A stretch of 24,000 nt of DNA from Bacillota bacterium (GCA_021828865.1 JAJZCW010000012.1:1-24000); one strand, 5' to 3'; shown: positions 9,371 through 18,211, counted from the first letter of the stretch. Numbers and translations are program-made. The notes: generated by a model not told the origin, from the letters alone.

Positions 9371-12300
9371 GTGGCCAATAAAGTGCATTCAACTGATGAT
9401 CAAGCTTTACTTGAAAAAACCACAAAGTGGTTTCAATATTCGCGTGGTAATGAAATTATGCTTGCTGCTCGCGAGTTAATTTGTGAGTTTGAATTGGCGG
9501 ATACTGGTTTTTTTCTTTATCAAAAGCGTTTGGGTAATGATGGGTCATCACAACCAGTTCAGGCTTACCATCCCTGGGGATATTTTGCTAATTATCCACA
9601 CTTGGAAGACTTGCTATTATTCGAGGGATTGGAAGACTTTGTAATACCAATAAGAATTTGGTTAAAATTATCAGATAGCCTTCTATTTTCTAGTATAGCG
9701 TCTTTGCCACTTGCTTATGTTGGTATTTGGCCAATCACCTCAATGGATGGAAATAAGGGGGCAATTGTGCTTGGTAAAAATTCCGCTTTTATAAAAGATG
9801 AGATTACGTTGATAGAAGATGCACGCTTGATCAATATGTGTGCCTATCAGATTTCCAATGCTATGAATAGCATGTTTGCAACACGAAAGATTGAGCTAGC
9901 CAATCAGGCATTGCAAGAACGAATACAGATCCAATCCCGATTGGAAGAGGAACTGCGCATTAGCAAGGATTTTCATCATTTGCTTTCGCTTGTAAGGGGA
10001 GTAACAAATGATGAAAATAACGAACTTTCCATATTGGAACAAATTTGTGACTTAACATCTCATTATTGCGGTTGTTTGACTACCTGGATTATGTGTCCAA
10101 ATGTTGAAGGATGGTTTCAGGTTCTCGCCAGCGCCGGTGAAACAGGTTTCTTGAATGAGGTGCGGTTCTCCGTGAGAGCAGATGTGCCAGAAGGGAAAGG
10201 GATGGCAGGATTGACCTGGCGTACAGGACAGCCAATGTTTAATCTTGACATAGAGAAGGACCCGTTATGGGCACCATGGCGCAATCTTATCACTCATTAT
10301 GAGTTAAAACGTGCATCCTCCTTACCAATTTGGCGGGGTCCTGAAATCTGGGCGGTTCTGGTCATCACTTATCAAGAAATAACCGAGCTAAATGAAGAGC
10401 TGCAAAATTTACTTAAAGAATTAGCTGAAAGTATTTCTTTGGGGTTAACCCGTCTTGATCTATCACGAAAAAATCACGAATTACTCGCTGTGAACCAGAC
10501 ACTGGTAAGTGGAGCTTCAGCAGGGATTAGTATCGTTAAATATCCGGAACGGGTCTTTGAAGAAGTTAACCATCGGATGGTGGATATCTTTGGTGCGCAA
10601 TCTGAAGCGGACCTAGTAAACAAACCCACACGAGAGTTTTATGTCAACCAATTGGCATATGAGCAAGTAGCAGGGTTGGCAGAAAATGTGCTGCAGAATG
10701 GTTCTGGCGAGATGCGCGATGTCCCGTTTCGTAAAATGAACGGGTCAATTGTGTGGATCGACCTGCATGGCAATTCTGGAAGTGTAGCAATAAACGGGGT
10801 GCGGTTAGTCTGGACGTTTGTGGATGTAACGGAACGTCATCGATTGGAACAGTCTTTGCAACGGAGTCGGGAATTCCTTGCGTTACTTTCGCGTGCCAAT
10901 GAAGCCATTAATCAGGCAAATGATGAACATCATCTTTTCCAATTTATTTGTGAACTTGCTGTCAACAATGCCAACTTGAGTTTGGCATGGATCGGTCAAC
11001 CGGATGATGAAGGGTGGTTTTACTATCATGCGGTTTATGGGGCGACAGAGTATTTGCAAGGAACTCGAGTTTCGAACAGGGCAGAAGTTCCTGAGGGAAA
11101 CGGTCCAGCAGGGAAGGCCTGGCGTACGCAGGAGCCCGTATTTTTCGACTGGACACATAACATTCCTGATTTAGAGTACTGGATTGAACACGCATCGAAA
11201 TTTATGCTGCGAAGCAGTGCTGCACTACCTATTTTTCGAAGAGGGAAAGTATGGGGGATTTTTATTGTTTATCACGCTGAGGAAGAAGTATTTGATAATG
11301 ATTTGCAAAATATTCTAAACAAATTGGCTCAGGATTTAGGGTTTGGTCTAGACAGACTTGATTTGATGATGCAAGAAAGAAAGTCCAGTCATCTGAATAA
11401 TTTGTTGCTGAACAATCTGGACGCCGGCGTGGTGGTCGTTCGCTATCCGGAGCGGATTGTGGAACAGGTCAACCACACGATGTTAGAAATTTATAAAATA
11501 CCGATGGAAGATGATTTGCTAAATCACTCTATCCGTATCATTCATCCAGATGAAGAGTCTTTTCGTCAAGTTGGGGAGTCTATTGCTGGACAGTTGCAAA
11601 CTGGAGCAGTCAAATTTACGGATATTTTGCGCAGGCGCTATGATGATACTTTGATATATGTGGATCTATCCGGACAGAGACTGGATCTCGGCGACGGCGT
11701 TGAGCGCATGATCTGGACACATCTAGATGTGACGGAACGTCACCAACGTGAACAAGAGATTCTCATACTGAGTCAGCAGAAATCATTGTTGCTTGATAAT
11801 ACGCTCGCCGGTATTAATGTGGTCCAGTATCCGGAACGGGTGATCACAGAAGCGAACCAACGATTTGCAGAGTTAATGGGGTTTGACCAACCGGGTGAAG
11901 TTATTGGCATGCCAACTGTAAAGGTATATCCCAATGAATTTGAGCACCAGCGTATGACTGAGCTCTCCCATACCGTAGTGGAACAGGGGCAGGGATTCTT
12001 AAATGACATCATTGTACGTAACCCTGATGGCAGACAAAGATACATAGATATTGAAGGGAAACTTTTGCATGGAGATACGATTCATTTCTCCATTCTATGG
12101 ACAACAGTTGATGTCACAGAACGTCATCGACACTTAGAGAATTGGATGAGAGAAGCGAGAATGCGTCTTAATTTGATCAATCATATGGCTATTGGCGTTT
12201 TTATTATTAGCCCAGATCGAGCGATTTTAAATGTGAATCACAGAATCACAGAATTATTTGGTTATGAAGAAGAGGAAGTTATTGGGGAAAGCACTCGTAT

Positions 12301-13294
12301 TTTATTTGATTCTGAAGAACAATTTTTGCAATTTGGGAAATTTTATCATCAATTGGAAGAGAGTAAAAAGGGAATGGTTAACTTGCAACAGATCTTTCAA
12401 AAAAAAGACGGGACATTATTCGTGGCGGATGTGACGGGGGCTTGGTTAGATCCTGATGAACCCTTACAGGGTGTGATTGGAACGATCCAAGATATATCAG
12501 ATAAACTTGCTTTAGAGAGAGAAGTAAATGAGCATCATGAAAAAATGAAGCATGAATTGGAACTTGCTTCACACTTACAAGGAGCTTTTTTACCTCAACA
12601 CTTGCCTACCATCAAAGGGATCCATGTAACTTGGGAATATATTCCATCCAATTATTTAGCGGGGGATATGATCAATGTGATGATGATTGATGATTCTCAC
12701 CTAGCATTTTATATTTTGGATGTCATGGGTCACGGAGTATCGGCAGCGTTGAATGCATTTGCCATTAACTATTTTATTCGATCATCAGGAACTAATAGTG
12801 CAGAGAACTATGCGTTGAATCCGGGCAAATTACTCACCGAATTAAATACAAAATTTAGTGATTATTATTTGACAGAATCATACTTCACTATGTTTTATGG
12901 TATTCTTAACCTCTCAATGAATCTTTTAACCTATGCCAAAGGAGGCCACCCCTCGCCATTGTTGTTGCACAACAATGGCGAGGCGGAATTTTTGGATCAA
13001 GGAGAAATTCCACTTGGAATTATGGTGGATATCCATTATCAAAACTATCAAGTGTCACTACTACCCGACGACAAATTATTGATTTATTCAGATGGCCTGA
13101 CGGAAATGATGAATGAGCAAAACGAGATGTACTCCGTTCAACGTGTAATGGATGTGATGATGCAGAATAAGGACCATACGATTCAACAAGTGATAAAGAA
13201 ACTGCTTGATCATCTGAGGGAATTCTCAGGTTTGAGTAAATGGAACGATGATGTGTCGTTAATAGGGATAGAGACGATAACGGATGAGAAATAA
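9371..13294 (+). CDS. cytoplasmic multi-sensor protein: GAF-like, coiled coil, GAF-PAS, GAF-PAS, PAS, PAS, then SpoIIE/PP2C-type serine phosphatase
   Basis: 1307 aa with no hydrophobic transmembrane stretch. Approximate domain map in nt: GAF 9968-10465, PAS 10484-10840, GAF 10868-11365, PAS 11393-11755, PAS 11768-12130, PAS 12143-12505, PP2C 12563-13276. PP2C motifs: AGDMINV, LDVMGHGVSAAL, YSDGLTE, NDDVSLIG. The start is uncertain: GTG at 9371 has no clear RBS, and alternatives are GTG 9383 or ATG 9458. Confidence 0.9.
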   Translation: MANKVHSTDDQALLEKTTKWFQYSRGNEIMLAARELICEFELADTGFFLYQKRLGNDGSSQPVQAYHPWGYFANYPHLEDLLLFEGLEDFVIPIRIWLKLSDSLLFSSIASLPLAYVGIWPITSMDGNKGAIVLGKNSAFIKDEITLIEDARLINMCAYQISNAMNSMFATRKIELANQALQERIQIQSRLEEELRISKDFHHLLSLVRGVTNDENNELSILEQICDLTSHYCGCLTTWIMCPNVEGWFQVLASAGETGFLNEVRFSVRADVPEGKGMAGLTWRTGQPMFNLDIEKDPLWAPWRNLITHYELKRASSLPIWRGPEIWAVLVITYQEITELNEELQNLLKELAESISLGLTRLDLSRKNHELLAVNQTLVSGASAGISIVKYPERVFEEVNHRMVDIFGAQSEADLVNKPTREFYVNQLAYEQVAGLAENVLQNGSGEMRDVPFRKMNGSIVWIDLHGNSGSVAINGVRLVWTFVDVTERHRLEQSLQRSREFLALLSRANEAINQANDEHHLFQFICELAVNNANLSLAWIGQPDDEGWFYYHAVYGATEYLQGTRVSNRAEVPEGNGPAGKAWRTQEPVFFDWTHNIPDLEYWIEHASKFMLRSSAALPIFRRGKVWGIFIVYHAEEEVFDNDLQNILNKLAQDLGFGLDRLDLMMQERKSSHLNNLLLNNLDAGVVVVRYPERIVEQVNHTMLEIYKIPMEDDLLNHSIRIIHPDEESFRQVGESIAGQLQTGAVKFTDILRRRYDDTLIYVDLSGQRLDLGDGVERMIWTHLDVTERHQREQEILILSQQKSLLLDNTLAGINVVQYPERVITEANQRFAELMGFDQPGEVIGMPTVKVYPNEFEHQRMTELSHTVVEQGQGFLNDIIVRNPDGRQRYIDIEGKLLHGDTIHFSILWTTVDVTERHRHLENWMREARMRLNLINHMAIGVFIISPDRAILNVNHRITELFGYEEEEVIGESTRILFDSEEQFLQFGKFYHQLEESKKGMVNLQQIFQKKDGTLFVADVTGAWLDPDEPLQGVIGTIQDISDKLALEREVNEHHEKMKHELELASHLQGAFLPQHLPTIKGIHVTWEYIPSNYLAGDMINVMMIDDSHLAFYILDVMGHGVSAALNAFAINYFIRSSGTNSAENYALNPGKLLTELNTKFSDYYLTESYFTMFYGILNLSMNLLTYAKGGHPSPLLLHNNGEAEFLDQGEIPLGIMVDIHYQNYQVSLLPDDKLLIYSDGLTEMMNEQNEMYSVQRVMDVMMQNKDHTIQQVIKKLLDHLREFSGLSKWNDDVSLIGIETITDEK

Positions 13295-13742
13295 TCGTTC
13301 CATCGCAATTGTGGGGAATAGAGGTAAAAGCAAAAGAGATTACTTTTCGAATTATTTATTGGTGTACCTAAGTACTTAGTGCTTAATGAATAATCTGAAA
13401 TCCCTTTTGTTTAATAAACCTTTTCCTTCATTTGTCGAATTAAAGTGTAATGTGCATGAAATTTGAGGTTTATCGCTAAAAATCATGCACATAGAGAGTT
13501 CATCTTGTGCCATCATTCGTGAGTAATTAATTTTGAAAAAATACCGTCTATTATTCGGGGTGGGGGGTAGTGCAACATAAGAAGTATTTAACGCTTTTTT
13601 CTAAAATGGGCATTTTAGCAACAATATTTTCCAAAAGATCCATATCTTAATCCAATACAGACATGCGTTTATCCGTTAAAGCCTAGAAATATTTAGGATA
13701 ATTAAGGAATTTAATCTATTTTAATGAAACCTTCTAACGGGA

Positions 13743-13771
13743 TTGACAATCCTGTGAGTTGGATATATTGT
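13743..13771 (+). promoter_or_regulatory. candidate promoter of the SDR/FAD-oxidase/kinase/GlpP operon
   Basis: TTGACA at 13743-13748. The -10 is either TATATT (13764-13769, 15-nt spacer) or TATTGT (13766-13771, 17-nt spacer). Confidence 0.4.
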
Positions 13772-13776
13772 TGAAT

Positions 13777-13841
13777 AAATTACTAGTGACGAGAGAAAAG
13801 TAATTTCCTTAATTGGATTTTGCTTTTCTCTCATTTTTTTT
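13777..13841 (+). promoter_or_regulatory. transcription attenuator: mutually exclusive antiterminator and terminator hairpins in the operon leader
   Basis: Terminator: GAGAGAAAAG (13791-13800) pairs perfectly with CTTTTCTCTC (13823-13832), followed by ATTTTTTTT. Alternative hairpin: AAATTACT (13777-13784) pairs perfectly with AGTAATTT (13799-13806). This consumes part of the terminator 5' arm. Confidence 0.6.
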
Positions 13842-13904
13842 AAATTCAAAGTTAAATTTTAAGTCGAAAAGAAGGTGTGTATCATTAATATTCAAGAATT
13901 CACT

Positions 13905-14663
13905 ATGGATTTTTTTTCGCTGAAAGGGAAAAACGCGATTGTCACAGGTGGTAATACTGGTTTGGGACAAACCTTTTCATTAGCATTAGCAAAAGCCGGG
14001 GCTAATGTGTTTATTCCCAGTTTAATGGAGGATGATGGTACTACTCAATCGATGATTGAAAATGAAGGCGTAAAAATGGCGTTTATGAAAACGGATATCA
14101 CTACAGAAGGGGAACCTGCAAAAATCATCCAAAACTGCGTAGACACTTTTGGGTCTGTTGATATTTTGGTAAACAGCGCCGGAATATCTATTAATGAACC
14201 TGACGTACTTAAGTTTGGCCGTAGCCAATGGGATAAGATGTTCAGTATTAATTTAACTGCCGCTTTCGAATTAAGTCATGAAGCGGCTAAAAAAATGATC
14301 CCTCAACGAAGTGGGAAAATCATTAATATTGGCTCTTTGTTTTCTTATCTGGGTGGGCAATGGTCTCCTGCATATGCTGCTACCAAACACGGAATGTTGG
14401 GATTCACAAGAGCTTATTGCGATGAACTTGCTCAATTTAACATTCAAGTGAATGGCATAGCGCCAGGGTATTATGCAACCGCATTAACTGCTAAAACGAG
14501 AAATGATCCAGTAGCCAACCAAAGAGTGCTGGATCATATACCAGCAAACCGTTGGGGTGAGACGCAAGATTTAATGGGTACTGTTGTTTTTCTAGCAAGC
14601 AAAGCTTCCGACTATGTTAATGGTCAAATGATCGTTGTTGATGGCGGATATTTGGTAAGATAA
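13905..14663 (+). CDS. SDR family oxidoreductase, KduD (2-dehydro-3-deoxy-D-gluconate 5-dehydrogenase)-like
   Basis: FSLKGKNAIVTGGNTGLGQ, NSAG, intact YAATK catalytic motif, and the DYVNGQMIVVDGGYLVR tail. It is colinear with E. coli KduD as I recall it. I prefer the ATG at 13905. The track ORF opens at GTG 13875. Confidence 0.85.
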   Translation: MDFFSLKGKNAIVTGGNTGLGQTFSLALAKAGANVFIPSLMEDDGTTQSMIENEGVKMAFMKTDITTEGEPAKIIQNCVDTFGSVDILVNSAGISINEPDVLKFGRSQWDKMFSINLTAAFELSHEAAKKMIPQRSGKIINIGSLFSYLGGQWSPAYAATKHGMLGFTRAYCDELAQFNIQVNGIAPGYYATALTAKTRNDPVANQRVLDHIPANRWGETQDLMGTVVFLASKASDYVNGQMIVVDGGYLVR

Positions 14664-14694
14664 GAATTTTAGTAAAAATGAGGAGAGTGTATTC

Positions 14695-16137
14695 ATGAAA
14701 ATAGAACGGAATCAAATCGTTGAAAAGTTAATTCAAATTGTCGGCAATCAGCGAGTCATCACAGATGAACAAGTATTAAAAGACAGCAGTTTTGATCGTT
14801 TTAGAAAGTATGAAGGATATCATCACATTTACACGCAACCAATTCCTTCTGCTCTGGTTTATGTGAAAAGTGCTCAAGAGGTATCGGAGATTTTGCAGTT
14901 TGCAAACGATAATCACATCAATGTGGTACCGAGAACTGGCCATTCGGCAACAGAAGGGGGCTTGGAAACTGCTGTTGAAAACACGATTATCATTGACGGG
15001 TCTAAAATGAATAATATTGTAAAAATCGATACGTATAATATGCAGGCAACCTGTCAATGCGGTGTCTCGCTTCAAGTATTAGACGATCTATTAAGAGAGC
15101 AGGGATATACGACCGGGCATTCACCGCAATCAAAGCCACTGGCTCAAATGGGCGGACTGGTTGCAACAAGGAGTATAGGGCAATTTTCCACTTTATACGG
15201 CGGTATAGAAGATATGGTAGTAGGTGTTGAAGCGGTTTTTCCAAACGGAGAAATCGCAAAGATTAAAAACGTGCCTAGAAGGGCCGCTGGGCCAGATATA
15301 AGACATGTTGTCATTGGGAATGAAGGTGCTCTTTGCTACATCACTGAAGTAACAGTGAAAATATTTAAATTTATGCCAGACAATAATGTTTTTCTAGGGT
15401 TTACATTGGATCATATGAAAACAGGCTTTGAAATTCTTCGCGAAGTAATGGTTAATGGATATAAACCATCAGTTGCACGACTGTACGATGTGGAAGATGG
15501 TGCTTATCACTTTTCTCATTTTGCAAAGGACAAATGTGTCCTGATATTTATGGCAGAAGGGCCTAAAGGGATTACTGAAGCGACCGCGAAAGCAATTGAA
15601 GAGATTGTAAGTAGATATGATGAATGCAAAAAAGTGGAGGATCACTACATCAAAGAATGGTTTGATGACTTAAATTGGGATCCTAAAAAAATCGAAGAAG
15701 AAAAAGTGGAGATTTTAGAAACGAAAAATGTGGGTAATACGACTGAAGTATCATCTAATTGGGGTAAAATTATCGATATTTACCAAGTGTGCATCGAACG
15801 GATTCGCAAGGAAATCCCGGATATCACCATGGTTGGCGCGCATTCTTCCCACAGCTACCTAAACGGCACTAATTTGTATTTTGTGTATTATTATGATGTT
15901 AATTGCAAACCTGAAGAAGAAATTTCCAAATATCACCTGCCAATCAAGAAAATTATTGTTGAAGAGACTCTAAATGCGGGTGGTTCTATGTGTCATCATC
16001 ATGGTGTAGGTAAACATAGGGCTCCATGGATTCAAGAGGAGTACGGGAGTTCTTACTATATTTTAGAAACATTGAAAAAGGCGTTTGATCCTAATGGGAT
16101 CATGAATGCTGGTACTATTATTCCTATCAAGAAGTAG
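14695..16137 (+). CDS. FAD-binding oxidoreductase, VAO/PCMH fold (GlcD / alkyl-DHAP-synthase-like)
   Basis: 480 aa. FAD_binding_4-type VVPRTGHSATEGG and GPDIRHVVIGNEGALCYITEVTVKI. C-terminal HHHGVGKHRAPW and AFDPNGIMNAG. GAGGAG RBS at 14679-14684. Confidence 0.85.
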   Translation: MKIERNQIVEKLIQIVGNQRVITDEQVLKDSSFDRFRKYEGYHHIYTQPIPSALVYVKSAQEVSEILQFANDNHINVVPRTGHSATEGGLETAVENTIIIDGSKMNNIVKIDTYNMQATCQCGVSLQVLDDLLREQGYTTGHSPQSKPLAQMGGLVATRSIGQFSTLYGGIEDMVVGVEAVFPNGEIAKIKNVPRRAAGPDIRHVVIGNEGALCYITEVTVKIFKFMPDNNVFLGFTLDHMKTGFEILREVMVNGYKPSVARLYDVEDGAYHFSHFAKDKCVLIFMAEGPKGITEATAKAIEEIVSRYDECKKVEDHYIKEWFDDLNWDPKKIEEEKVEILETKNVGNTTEVSSNWGKIIDIYQVCIERIRKEIPDITMVGAHSSHSYLNGTNLYFVYYYDVNCKPEEEISKYHLPIKKIIVEETLNAGGSMCHHHGVGKHRAPWIQEEYGSSYYILETLKKAFDPNGIMNAGTIIPIKK

Positions 16138-16161
16138 CAAGGGTAAGGATGGGCATTTACG

Positions 16162-17595
16162 ATGAAGAACAAGTACATTATTGGGGTTGACAACGGTTCT
16201 ACCAGTTCAAAAATTGTTATCTTTGACCTGGAAGGGAATGTAATATGTGAAGCAAAAGAGGACTTAAGGCCAATGCACTTGGAAACTCTTGGAGTGGTGG
16301 AGCATCCTGATGATGACTTATGGGATAGCATTAAAGCAGCGAGTCATAAGGCCATGAGCAAATTTTCAGGAAATAAGGAAGACATTATCGGACTGGGACT
16401 ATGTACGATTCGGTGTTGTAGAGTGTTATTAAAGGGAGATGGCTCATTAGCCTCTCCCGTTATGAGTTGGATGGATGCGCGTTTGGCAAGGCCCTATGAA
16501 CATAAAGACTCATCCGTAAAATACGTGACGACGACATCAGGTTACATTACCTTTCGATTGACAGGCGAATATCGTGATACAGCAGCCAATTATGAAGGGG
16601 AATGGCCAATAGATAAGGACCGATGGCAATGGAGTGAGGACCAGGAGGTATTAAAAAAATACAATATTCCAAGGGAAATGTTATTTGATCTGCAAATGCC
16701 AGGTGAAATTTCTGGTTATGTGACGAAAGAAGCAGCAGAAGCGTTAGGAATTCCCGCTGGGATTCCTGTTGTTGCCACTGCGAATGATAAGGCGGTGGAA
16801 GCCCTTGGTGCCGGACTTGCTCGCGATCATTCGGCTTTAATATCCCTTGGTACTTATATTGGTGGAATGGTTAACGGGTATGCCAACGTAAAAGACACTG
16901 TTTCAAGCTTTAGCAACATGGCCTCAATTCCCCATCGCTATTTGTTTGAAAGTTATGGGATACGAAGAGGAATGTGGACTGTGAATTGGATCAAAGAGTT
17001 GTTTGGAGATGAGATCTTATTAAAGGCAAATGCAGTGGGAATGACACCAGAAGAATACCTTAGTGAAAAAGCGGAAAAGGTTCCCGCGGGTAGTGAAGGA
17101 CTCATCACCATTTTAGACTGGTTGGCGCCAACGGACAAACCATATCGAAAAGGTGTCATGCTTGGATTTGATGGCCGCCACTCAAGGGAACATATGTTTC
17201 GATCAATTTTAGAAGCTATTGCGTTAACGATGAAAAATCACATCGATCAGATGTGTCAAGAATTGAATATTGAACTTGAAAACATTATTGTATCAGGAGG
17301 GGGATCAAACAGTCGCTTAATGATGCAAATTGTTGCCGATGTTTTTGAGCTTCCTACGTATAGAAATCTCGTGAACGGGTCTGCCAGTTTGGGAGCAGCA
17401 ATTTGCGTAGCGGTGGCATTAGGATTTTATGAAGACTTTGAGACTGCAATTAGTAAGATGGTAAAGGTCAGAGACTACTTTATGCCGATTCCCAGCAATG
17501 TAGCATTATATAAAAGAATGAATCAAGAACTCTACCAAAACATCACATCATATACTGATGAAGTTTTGAAACTTTCTTATCCTATATTCGGATAG
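16162..17595 (+). CDS. FGGY-family carbohydrate kinase
   Basis: 477 aa. N-terminal phosphate-1 motif IIGVDNGSTSSKIVIFD. C-terminal VSGGGSNSRLMMQIVADVF. Confidence 0.9.
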   Translation: MKNKYIIGVDNGSTSSKIVIFDLEGNVICEAKEDLRPMHLETLGVVEHPDDDLWDSIKAASHKAMSKFSGNKEDIIGLGLCTIRCCRVLLKGDGSLASPVMSWMDARLARPYEHKDSSVKYVTTTSGYITFRLTGEYRDTAANYEGEWPIDKDRWQWSEDQEVLKKYNIPREMLFDLQMPGEISGYVTKEAAEALGIPAGIPVVATANDKAVEALGAGLARDHSALISLGTYIGGMVNGYANVKDTVSSFSNMASIPHRYLFESYGIRRGMWTVNWIKELFGDEILLKANAVGMTPEEYLSEKAEKVPAGSEGLITILDWLAPTDKPYRKGVMLGFDGRHSREHMFRSILEAIALTMKNHIDQMCQELNIELENIIVSGGGSNSRLMMQIVADVFELPTYRNLVNGSASLGAAICVAVALGFYEDFETAISKMVKVRDYFMPIPSNVALYKRMNQELYQNITSYTDEVLKLSYPIFG

Positions 17596-17627
17596 CGAGA
17601 TGAGTAAAGCTCTTCTCAGGAGGCGCT

Positions 17628-18191
17628 ATGGGCAATCGTTTAATGACTATGTTTGAGGAAAATCCTATTATTGCGGCGATCAAAGACCAAACAGGACTTG
17701 CGTCCGTACTCAAATGTGATTGTAAAATTGTGTTTGTACTTTATGGAAACGTTCTAAATATAGTGGATATCGTACAACAGTTAAAAAGCCGGGATAAGAT
17801 GGTGTTCGTCAATATTGATCTCATTGACGGATTCTCGAGTAAGGAGATTGTCATAGAACTATTGAAAAGGGATACACAAGCGGACGGTGTACTCAGTTCC
17901 AAAGCCGGTATGATTAAGGCAGCAAAAGCACATGGATTCTACACGATACACAGACTATTTATCATTGATTCGTTTTCTTTTGATAACATTGAGAAGCAAG
18001 TGAGCCTATCTGAGCCTGATGCCCTGCAAATACTACCAGGTTGGCCGAAATTGATAACCTGGACAAAAGATAAAATTAGGATTCCCATCATTACTGGTGG
18101 TTTGATTTGTGCAAAAGAAGATGTAGTAGCGGCGCTTGGTGCCGGGGCAATGGCAATTTCCTCCACCAACGCGGATGTTTGGAATTTATAA
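17628..18191 (+). CDS. GlpP-family (glycerol-3-phosphate-responsive type) transcription antiterminator
   Basis: 187 aa, colinear with B. subtilis GlpP as I recall it: PIIAAIKD, IDLIDGF, HRLFIIDS, ILPG, ITGGLI, AGAMAISSTNADVWN. AGGAGG RBS at 17619-17624. Confidence 0.85.
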   Translation: MGNRLMTMFEENPIIAAIKDQTGLASVLKCDCKIVFVLYGNVLNIVDIVQQLKSRDKMVFVNIDLIDGFSSKEIVIELLKRDTQADGVLSSKAGMIKAAKAHGFYTIHRLFIIDSFSFDNIEKQVSLSEPDALQILPGWPKLITWTKDKIRIPIITGGLICAKEDVVAALGAGAMAISSTNADVWNL

Positions 18192-18211
18192 TTCTTTTCA
18201 ATCTGTTTGTG

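Noticed and set aside
10883-12572. Minus-strand ORFs inside the sensor gene (10883-11158, 10962-11195, 11773-12045, 12378-12572).
   Set aside because: They are short, antisense to a continuous 1307-aa frame with clear domain motifs, and have no start context.
13721-13735. TGAAACCTTC upstream of the polyol operon promoter as a KdgR/IclR-type box matching the TGAA-N7-TTCA site near iclR (19104-19118).
   Set aside because: The spacing and flanks differ and the match is only 4+3 nt. I cannot support the idea that the IclR protein also controls the KduD-like operon, though it is worth an EMSA.
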